Source of the DNA: an uncultured Alphaproteobacteria bacterium
GTDB lineage: Bacteria > Pseudomonadota > Alphaproteobacteria > Rs-D84
Direction of reading: 5' to 3'
Assembly: GCA_937900435.1 (NCBI GenBank)
Contig: CALCEG010000010.1
Location: 1 to 43,223 of the forward strand
DNA length: 43,223 nt
The notes below the pieces were generated by a model that was given only the letters and a program-made list of their open reading frames with translations, had not been told where the DNA came from and searched no databases. Positions 1 to 7,391 of the stretch are shown in pieces; position 1 is the first letter of the stretch, and each line of letters opens with the position of its first letter. The position numbers and the translations under genes are program-made.

Positions 1-212
1 CAATGATCAAATGCCTGGAAAGAGCTACTAAAAGAGTTTATTCCTAACCAACCCAACAAAGGCATTACAGCCTGAAACAGACCAAACATAAATGCAGTTA
101 GAAGAACTATTTTCAGCACCATTCGCTTTTCAATAATTCCACATGTTATAGAAACTGCAAAACAGTCCATAGCCAATGCTACAGCCAGAAAAAATATATC
201 TATCAGTGTCAT
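1..212 (-). CDS. mntP: MntP-family manganese efflux pump, N-terminal 70 codons (gene runs off the window start)
   Basis: Not in the ORF track because it is open-ended. Manual translation from the ATG at 210-212 (minus) gives MTLIDIFFLAVALAMDCFAVSITCGIIEKRMVLKIVLLTAFMFGLFQAVMPLLGWLGINSF. AMDxFAVS and FQxxMPxxGW are hallmark MntP/DUF204 motifs. Confidence 0.7.
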   Translation of the reverse strand, partial: MTLIDIFFLAVALAMDCFAVSITCGIIEKRMVLKIVLLTAFMFGLFQAVMPLLGWLGINSFSSSFQAFDH

Positions 213-218
213 TAAGAA

Positions 219-1304
219 TTATATCTCTTTTTCAATTTTATAATCGTTACGCTCTTGTGAATTTCTACTAATTAGTTCGCCTAAGAAACCAGTAAGGAAC
301 ATCAGAGTACCCAACATCATTCCGGTTAGAGCTATAAAGAAATATGGATTATCTGTAACCAAACGAGCAGGAATACCATTTGCCAGAGAAATCAGTTTAC
401 TTGCACCAACTATAATTATTGCTATAAAACTGATAATGAACATTACAGAGCCCCATAAACCAAAGAAATGCATTGGTTTCTTTCCAAAACGATTCAAGAA
501 CCAAAGCGACATTAAATCCAAATAACCGTTTACAAATCTGTCTAATCCAAATTTGCTTGTACCAAATTTACGCGCCTGATGCTTTACAACCTTTTCTCCT
601 ATCTTTCCAAAACCGGCATTTTTTGCAAGGAATGGAATATATCTGTGCATTTCGCCATAAACTTCTATGTTTTTCACAACATCGCGCTTATAGGCTTTCA
701 AACCACAGTTCATATCGTGCAGTTTAATCCCTGTAACCTTTCTTGCTGTATAGTTATAGATTTTTGACGGCAGATTTTTACTTAATTTGCCATCATAACG
801 TTTCTTCTTCCAACCGGATACCAAATCGTAGCCATCCTCCTTGAGCATACGAACCATTTCCGGAACCTCTTCCGGACTATCTTGTAAATCGGCATCCATA
901 GTAACTACATAATCGCCCTGAGCCATCTTAAAGCCACAGAACAACGCAGGTGATTTTCCATAATTTCTACGGAACTTTATTCCTTTGACATTTGAATTTT
1001 CATTCTGCAAATTCTCTATTATTGTCCAGGAATTATCTGTACTACCATCATCAATGCAAATTATTTCAATTTGTTTCAACGTCTGACCACAAACACTATC
1101 CAAACATTCACGCAAATAATCACCAACATTATATACAGGAATAACAACAGAAACTTTTGGCACATACTTAATACTATTCTGCACCAGAACATCTGCAACT
1201 GTATCTGGTGTTCCATCTGCATTTTTCACAGTGATTGTTTTTATATTTTTTCCTGTACGTACTTTTGTCATGTTAACACGTTTCTTTGTTATTTTCTTTA
1301 CCAT
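219..1304 (-). CDS. Family-2 glycosyltransferase, polyprenyl-phosphate sugar transferase type (ArnC/GtrB/DPM1-like)
   Basis: 361-aa ORF with VSVVIPVYN, DDGSTD and DADLQD GT-A motifs plus two C-terminal TM helices (HFFGLWGSVMFIISFIAIIIV and YFFIALTGMMLGTLMFLTGFLG). Confidence 0.8.
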   Translation of the reverse strand: MVKKITKKRVNMTKVRTGKNIKTITVKNADGTPDTVADVLVQNSIKYVPKVSVVIPVYNVGDYLRECLDSVCGQTLKQIEIICIDDGSTDNSWTIIENLQNENSNVKGIKFRRNYGKSPALFCGFKMAQGDYVVTMDADLQDSPEEVPEMVRMLKEDGYDLVSGWKKKRYDGKLSKNLPSKIYNYTARKVTGIKLHDMNCGLKAYKRDVVKNIEVYGEMHRYIPFLAKNAGFGKIGEKVVKHQARKFGTSKFGLDRFVNGYLDLMSLWFLNRFGKKPMHFFGLWGSVMFIISFIAIIIVGASKLISLANGIPARLVTDNPYFFIALTGMMLGTLMFLTGFLGELISRNSQERNDYKIEKEI

Positions 1305-1320
1305 AACCCAACCCTATATA

Positions 1321-2934
1321 TTATTTATCGTTTTTTAATTTTTTGATTTCTTCTTTCAGTTGCAAATATTCATCATGCACACGCACAGGATATTCCCACA
1401 CATACTTAATTTTTTGTTTTAGTGTCCGCTGCGACATCAGTACTTTACCAGTAACAGTCTGCGAAACACGTCCTTCGCGCATACCATACTTTATATAGTG
1501 ATACAACGGATTTATTCCTGATTTTTTTACATCGATATACCTGTTCAAATAATATTTTGTATCAAAGTATTTTGATGGATTTCGTCCTTCATCTGCACCA
1601 TATCTGATATAGTGTTCAATTGGATTAAATTTTGCACCTTTTACATCCAAATTATTTTTCAAGTACCACCTTTCATCAAATAATTTTGATTTCTTTAATG
1701 TTTTATATTCATCTTTATCAATTGCACTGTTTCTTTTATCCACTGGCAAACAACGAACATATCGTCCTTCGTCCATACCAAATTCTATATAATGCAACAA
1801 TGGACAAATTTGCGCACACGCGACATCCGGATTATCAAACAGATATGCATTTGTATCAAATCGTGTTGACGGATTTCGTCCTTCGGTCCAACCACAAGTC
1901 AAATAATGTTCGATTGGACAAACCCCAGCCTGTTTTACATCGGGATATTTTCGCAAATAATATTCTTCATCAAACAACCCTGAACATCTAATTTTGTTAA
2001 ACAAAAGAATCTTTTCAAATCTTTTAGTTCTAATCAACCCCAGTTTCTTTTTTAATTTTAACCAAAACATTTTTCTATTCCTCTTTGGCGTATTATTAAA
2101 ATTATTTGTTTGTATTATTGGCTTTACAGACGATAACATTTTCCCCAGTTCGACATTAAAAGCATCATCTGATTGATATCGATTAAAAGTACGACACAAG
2201 AAATGATATAATTCTGTCCGCGCCAAATCATCGATTTTACTTTTTTCAGCAAAATCTAATATTGTTTTTACGACACACAGAATATCACTTTTACGTTTTT
2301 CAGATTTTTTATCATCACAACTTATTGAATCCGTACTAAGTGTATATTGATACACAGGTTCATTACATACAAAAATATTTTTACACAATAAAAATGCATA
2401 GAACACAAAAACATTATCAGCGCAATACTTACCTTCTAAAAATCTTATATTATGTTTTACAATTAAGTCGCGTTTAAACAGCTTATCACATGCCGACCCA
2501 TTTCTTAAACACGCAATTTTATCAACCAAGCGCGAAAAAGTTCCTGTTGAACGATGTAGTAAATTATTATATGTTACAAATACAATGTCGGTATTTTTAT
2601 CACACGCAGTCTTATATAATTTTTCAAAATAATCTGCAGGAATTCCATCATCAATATCAAAGAATCCGACATATTCACCTGTTGCAACATTCAACGCAAA
2701 ATTTCTTGCAACCGATGGTCCTGAATTTTTTTCTAGTTTATAAATTTTGAATCTTTTATCAGATTTTGTTTTTTTCAACAAGTATTCATACGAACCATCT
2801 GTTGAACCATCATCAACGATTATAAATTCGATATTTTTCAGTGTTTGCGCTTTTAAAATACGCAACGCATCGCCGCAAAAACGCAATCTATTAAAAACAG
2901 GAACAACAACAGAAACAGCGATATTTTTTTTCAT
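1321..2934 (-). CDS. Family-2 glycosyltransferase with a C-terminal tandem-repeat domain
   Basis: 537-aa ORF. The N-terminus has VSVVVPVFN, VDDGSTDGS and FFDIDD GT2 motifs. Residues 321-491 form four tandem repeats of about 36 aa. Confidence 0.75.
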   Translation of the reverse strand: MKKNIAVSVVVPVFNRLRFCGDALRILKAQTLKNIEFIIVDDGSTDGSYEYLLKKTKSDKRFKIYKLEKNSGPSVARNFALNVATGEYVGFFDIDDGIPADYFEKLYKTACDKNTDIVFVTYNNLLHRSTGTFSRLVDKIACLRNGSACDKLFKRDLIVKHNIRFLEGKYCADNVFVFYAFLLCKNIFVCNEPVYQYTLSTDSISCDDKKSEKRKSDILCVVKTILDFAEKSKIDDLARTELYHFLCRTFNRYQSDDAFNVELGKMLSSVKPIIQTNNFNNTPKRNRKMFWLKLKKKLGLIRTKRFEKILLFNKIRCSGLFDEEYYLRKYPDVKQAGVCPIEHYLTCGWTEGRNPSTRFDTNAYLFDNPDVACAQICPLLHYIEFGMDEGRYVRCLPVDKRNSAIDKDEYKTLKKSKLFDERWYLKNNLDVKGAKFNPIEHYIRYGADEGRNPSKYFDTKYYLNRYIDVKKSGINPLYHYIKYGMREGRVSQTVTGKVLMSQRTLKQKIKYVWEYPVRVHDEYLQLKEEIKKLKNDK

Positions 2935-2942
2935 AACAAAAC

Positions 2943-3560
2943 CTAAAAATCCTTACCAAAGAAAAGTTCACGCAACCACAACGACAACTTCACCCTTGTT
3001 TTACCAGCAACAGGTTTTGTTATCTTCATTTTTTTCACTGCCATTGACAAATCTCGACTATCACCCTTTGGACAATATGGCGCGTGCGGCACAAATTTTA
3101 ATACCAATTTATTATCTTTTATCGCAGACGTTGGAATTGTTGCCAAATAAGAACTTGGTTCAGAAACCGCCCACGTTATAATTTTACGTTCATTGGCATA
3201 AACATCAACTGTTTGCGATGTTTCTTGTTCTGCAAATACCCCAAACGCATCTATTTGCAATTTCAACACAACGCCATCACTACCAGGTATATATAACTTC
3301 ATAATTGTTTCATTTCCAACAGTGCATCTATATTCATTTTCTTGTCCACCCCAACCATCTTTCACTCTCATATACTTCAGACTATTTCCCCCACGATTAA
3401 AAGTAATTTCTGTCCCCAGTTCATACAATCTGTAATCACCCAACTGTTCTGCGCTTACGTTTGATAAACCAGTCTGCTTATTAGTTATAAAAAACACCGC
3501 CCCACCCAACAGAACAAAACCTATTACAACCAATAAAATTTTAAGAAATTTATTTTTCAT
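2943..3560 (-). CDS. Hypothetical N-terminally anchored protein in the glycosyltransferase cluster
   Basis: 205-aa ORF packed tightly between neighbouring genes (gaps of 8 and 2 nt). N-terminal hydrophobic anchor KILLVVIGFVLLGGAVFFI. No recognisable domain. Confidence 0.55.
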   Translation of the reverse strand: MKNKFLKILLVVIGFVLLGGAVFFITNKQTGLSNVSAEQLGDYRLYELGTEITFNRGGNSLKYMRVKDGWGGQENEYRCTVGNETIMKLYIPGSDGVVLKLQIDAFGVFAEQETSQTVDVYANERKIITWAVSEPSSYLATIPTSAIKDNKLVLKFVPHAPYCPKGDSRDLSMAVKKMKITKPVAGKTRVKLSLWLRELFFGKDF

Positions 3561-3562
3561 AA

Positions 3563-4495
3563 TTATGCCTTTTTACGTTTCGGTGTAATTGATATTTTAC
3601 ATACTGGTATTACATCAAACAAGAAAACTTTATGATTAATCGTATTACTTTGACTTTTCACCCTGATTATTGGCAAACCTAAAAACGAAATTCTAAACTT
3701 ATTTATATTATAGCGCGGTTTTCCTTCACGAACGATTGAAACACCTGTTCTAACCGCATTTTTATATATCAAATCAACCATTTTTTCTGTTGTATACGGA
3801 TACAAATATTGCACCCCATCCATATTTTTCAAACCTGCTTTTTTCAAGAATGGAATTCCTGCCTTGAACATATCTATCGGTTTTTCATACATAGAATGAG
3901 ACACTTCGCCAATCTGACCGTTGACCAAAGTCGAAAACCTATACCCGTTCTTTAATATCAACCTAGACAACCCAACTTCATACTTTAAAACAATCAATTG
4001 TTTTTCTTCTTGATGACAAACTCTGCCAAAGAAATCTGCGATAAAAGATTCATTTGCTAACTTTTTACTAAGCCCTAAAAACCAAGATTGAATTTGAACA
4101 GGTGTCAACGCATTTTCAAAATCCACCATTCCTGTAAAATCCACACCACGCGATTCCAAATCTTGCAATATTGGCGCCAACCCCCACAAAGGACCGTACA
4201 CACTATCGTTTACGAAATAAACCCAATCGTATTTATTAAGCAAACCATTATCCAGCGCATATTTAAATCCGCGTTTATACGACCCAAAATCATATTCATT
4301 ATGACGTTCTGCAGATACATATAAAACATTACCTAATTTTTTTACTTTATCTAATTCTTCATCTGTCGCATTGCTATCCATAACAAAGACAACATCACCA
4401 ACCTTGGTTAATTCCGAAACATAATGCAACAAACTGCCATCAACAACACCTTGAACATCATAAGCCGCAAAAACAAACAATCTCTTATTAGCCAT
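3563..4495 (-). CDS. Putative RgpF/COG3754-type polysaccharide (rhamnan-synthesis-like) glycosyltransferase
   Basis: 310-aa ORF. HNEYDFGSYK and FVNDSVYGP resemble the N.GyDFgsyk and NDSvyGP motifs of the RgpF family. This assignment is from memory only. Confidence 0.55.
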   Translation of the reverse strand: MANKRLFVFAAYDVQGVVDGSLLHYVSELTKVGDVVFVMDSNATDEELDKVKKLGNVLYVSAERHNEYDFGSYKRGFKYALDNGLLNKYDWVYFVNDSVYGPLWGLAPILQDLESRGVDFTGMVDFENALTPVQIQSWFLGLSKKLANESFIADFFGRVCHQEEKQLIVLKYEVGLSRLILKNGYRFSTLVNGQIGEVSHSMYEKPIDMFKAGIPFLKKAGLKNMDGVQYLYPYTTEKMVDLIYKNAVRTGVSIVREGKPRYNINKFRISFLGLPIIRVKSQSNTINHKVFLFDVIPVCKISITPKRKKA

Positions 4496-4735
4496 TTAAC
4501 ACCCCACATATTTGTTTTATTATTATACCAGATTCAAATCTATCCAACACACCCGTTGCATTTTTCTCAAATTATCTTTGAGTATATTGTTATTATATAC
4601 ATCTGTCATAACATTTACCATCTGTTCTGTATCAGCGATTTTAAACAACAGCCATCTTTCTGATTATTTTTTACCGCCCAGAATGCGATTAATTTTCAAT
4701 CAGCATAGCACAATTTATTTTATTTTCAATAACAT

Positions 4736-4766
4736 AAAAAATCCCCCTGCACAGGGGATTTTTTTG
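4736..4766 (-). terminator. Intrinsic terminator downstream of the tail-fibre-like gene (hairpin is symmetric, so possibly bidirectional)
   Basis: aaaaaATCCCCCTGcaCAGGGGATttttttt: a GC stem with one bulged C, flanked by an A-run and a T-run, 22 nt past the stop at 4788. Confidence 0.6.
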
Positions 4767-4787
4767 AATTTTATCAACAATATTTTT

Positions 4788-6020
4788 TCACAAACAAACG
4801 CTAAACACATTTTTTGGATTAAAGTTTATTATTTTTCCTTTAACAACATCAAATGTTCCTGCATCCATTGAAATCAACGGTGTCCCATTAGTCGAATGAT
4901 AGATTTTATTATCATCAACATCATATATAAATCCATCGGGCGCATACCAAGCACATCTTCCATTCGACCCCAAAAACAATGAATGTAAAGAATCGAATGT
5001 ACTAAAGTCTGACGAAATTTGAACCGATGTACAATTTAACAAAACATTTTTTAATGTTCCGTCTTCATTTCTACCGTTTGGAATCAAACCTTTAACCCCA
5101 GGTAAAGTAAAAACAATTCCACCGATATAACCAAATCCATTAAACACTTGTTTAATTTCTGTTATAACCCCATCAACAACTGATATTAGACCAATTGGTA
5201 ACGACTGCCCAGCAACAGCTATATTTGTATCTTCCAAATATCTGTTTACAACATTATTTACAGTATCATACCAAACATGCCATTGCACATCAGCCAAACT
5301 ATCGCTTGCTCCAGCCGACATTGTATCAAGCGATTGATAATTCAAAACACCCGTATTTGTTCTATAAATTGCAACAATTCTGTTGCCAAAAATAGCAGGA
5401 CAAACTAAATCATCAGCAATCACAACAGGATTGAATATACCTACTCCATTTGGCACATAAACTTTACTGCCTGCTTTTAATGTCAGTGTTCCTGCGTTCA
5501 ATTCCAGTTTAATATCTTGTGGAATTTCTGTGATACAATTAGACATATATGAATAAAATTTTTCATTAGTAACCAAAGTTTCATTTTGTATTAAATTTTC
5601 TATATAACCAATCTTAGTTAACAAAACACCAACAGATTCCTTATTAATAAACTCATCATAACGTTCACTAAAACCATTTAATTCCTCTTGAAAGTCTTTC
5701 AATACCTCCATAACATAATTAACATCTTGATTTAACAATTTTGAATCTATTTTTGCCATTGGCTGATAATCGACAACACGCATTAACGGCAATTTTCTTG
5801 AAATATCGATACTATCCAGTGATGATGGCGCAATACCAAACACCACCTTCCCCCCAACAAACGGGAAATCAGCATTTTCACCCGCTGACACACCAACTAT
5901 ATCATACCCTGTTGCCGGCTTATTATTTTTCAAGACCACAACATTATCTTTTTCAAAATACGGAAAATCGAAATAAAACTCTACTGTTGTGCAATTTCCC
6001 ATATAAGATACTTTACTCAT
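4788..6020 (-). CDS. Phage tail-fibre-like protein (T7 gp17-type N-terminal domain pattern)
   Basis: 410-aa ORF. The N-terminus VSYMGNCTTVEFYFDFPYFEKDNVVVLKN...YDIVG...GKVVFGIAPSSLDSIDISRKLPLMRVVDYQP...LLNQDVNY follows the Y.G.g..t.F.f.FpY...v.V...Y...v.F..aP...i.I.R...R..D....LN pattern of tail-fibre N-terminal domains. No other phage gene is nearby. Confidence 0.55.
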   Translation of the reverse strand: MSKVSYMGNCTTVEFYFDFPYFEKDNVVVLKNNKPATGYDIVGVSAGENADFPFVGGKVVFGIAPSSLDSIDISRKLPLMRVVDYQPMAKIDSKLLNQDVNYVMEVLKDFQEELNGFSERYDEFINKESVGVLLTKIGYIENLIQNETLVTNEKFYSYMSNCITEIPQDIKLELNAGTLTLKAGSKVYVPNGVGIFNPVVIADDLVCPAIFGNRIVAIYRTNTGVLNYQSLDTMSAGASDSLADVQWHVWYDTVNNVVNRYLEDTNIAVAGQSLPIGLISVVDGVITEIKQVFNGFGYIGGIVFTLPGVKGLIPNGRNEDGTLKNVLLNCTSVQISSDFSTFDSLHSLFLGSNGRCAWYAPDGFIYDVDDNKIYHSTNGTPLISMDAGTFDVVKGKIINFNPKNVFSVCL

Positions 6021-6043
6021 TTATAAAACTCCTTTTGCTATAA

Positions 6044-6100
6044 CAAAAAAAGCCTGCAAAAATTGCAGGCAAAAAAAATAACAGACGTTTATCACGTCTG
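6044..6100. other. Two consecutive hairpins upstream of the tail-fibre-like gene (insulator or bidirectional terminator)
   Basis: aaaaaaaaGCCTGCAaaaaTTGCAGGCaaaaaaaa at 6052-6070, flanked by A-runs on both sides, followed by CAGACGTttatcACGTCTG at 6082-6100. Confidence 0.4.
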
Positions 6101-6461
6101 CTTACACGCGCTAATTATATCACAAATTCAAAAAAAAATCAATCAGAAAACCAACTGCAACCACAGAAGAAATAAACCAAATTCGCCAACAACTTACCCC
6201 TGATGAACTTGGTACTTTCATTGCCGAAGAAATTGACCTTGAATCTGAACAAGACCGAAATATATTAAAAAAAATGTATGATGTAATGAAAAACTCACAA
6301 AAAACAGAATAACCAACTGTCTTAAATCACATAGATACAAAATTCACTCACCAAAAAACCGCTACACCACTCACATTTCCGCCAATTTTAACCATTTTTC
6401 TATGTAAAGTTTTCTCTTCCTTTTCTACACAAAATATTATATAATCCATGCGAATGTAGTC

Positions 6462-7391
6462 ATGCGAATTATCACTCTTTTTTTTATGATTTTTCCTTTT
6501 ATGGCATCGGCAAACGTCTTGCCACTGGATGATGCGTTGCGTGCAACATATACCGCATGCGTTGGTATTGATGATGAATTGAGTGACCTGAAAACAATGG
6601 CCGGCATAAATACTGCAATTACATCTGTTGGAACGGCGGCCGGTGTTGGGGCAACGGTCACAGGGCTTGTAAAAGCCAGCAAGGATAAGCAGATTGAAAT
6701 AAAACTAGAAAAACTACGCGAAATTGAACAAAAAAATCCAGACCTACAGTCCACAAATGCTGAATGGGATAATTTTGAATCTGACCTGACAACAGAACTG
6801 GCCAATGCAAAAATAGAGGTTGAAAAATATCAGGCTGAAATTGAAAAACTGAATAAGCAATCAAAAAAATTGGGTAATTGGCGTACTGGCTTGATGGCGG
6901 GCGCAACCGCAACCAATGTGGCCGGCGCAATTATTGCCGGTACGAACAAGGTGGATGGCGACCTGAAAACGCAAATAGACAATTGTATCGGCAGTGTCAA
7001 AACCCTGCAAAATTCTATTATGCAGGCACGCATAAATGGTGAAGACGTGTCCGAGGCCGAGTCTATCGCATCCGCCTGTGGTGAATATGAATATGTTGAT
7101 GTGTCCAAGATAAATAATCGCGCCAAAGGTGCAATGATTTCATCTGCCGTTGGTGCTGCGACCGGTTTGGCCGGAACAATTACATCCGCCACAGCCAATT
7201 CAAACAAAATACACGATGCCCAGGGTGATGCAGCACAACAGAAAGAAAAGAATCTGAATACTGCGGCAAATGTGTTGGCGGGCGCAACAACTGTGGCTTC
7301 GGCAACGGCAACTGTATTCAACGCGACACAGATATCCGCGATAAAAAAAGTAGCCGCAGTTGCTGAAAAATGTACGGGGGTATTGAAATGA
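6462..7391 (+). CDS. Secreted protein with four glycine-zipper-like Ala/Gly/Thr segments separated by coiled-coil stretches
   Basis: 309-aa ORF. Signal peptide MRIITLFFMIFPFMASA. Segments AITSVGTAAGVGATVTGLV, GLMAGATATNVAGAIIAG, AMISSAVGAATGLAGTITSA and NVLAGATTVASATATV. The stop overlaps the next start (ATGA). Confidence 0.7.
   Translation: MRIITLFFMIFPFMASANVLPLDDALRATYTACVGIDDELSDLKTMAGINTAITSVGTAAGVGATVTGLVKASKDKQIEIKLEKLREIEQKNPDLQSTNAEWDNFESDLTTELANAKIEVEKYQAEIEKLNKQSKKLGNWRTGLMAGATATNVAGAIIAGTNKVDGDLKTQIDNCIGSVKTLQNSIMQARINGEDVSEAESIASACGEYEYVDVSKINNRAKGAMISSAVGAATGLAGTITSATANSNKIHDAQGDAAQQKEKNLNTAANVLAGATTVASATATVFNATQISAIKKVAAVAEKCTGVLK

Noticed and set aside
6115-6312. Open frame ending ..TTEEINQIRQQLTPDELGTFIAEEIDLESEQDRNILKKMYDVMKNSQKTE
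   Set aside because: There is no ATG, GTG or TTG with an SD at its 5' end; the first ATG is 12 codons from the stop. It is probably the 3' remnant of a lost gene, and is kept only as context for the tail-fibre locus.
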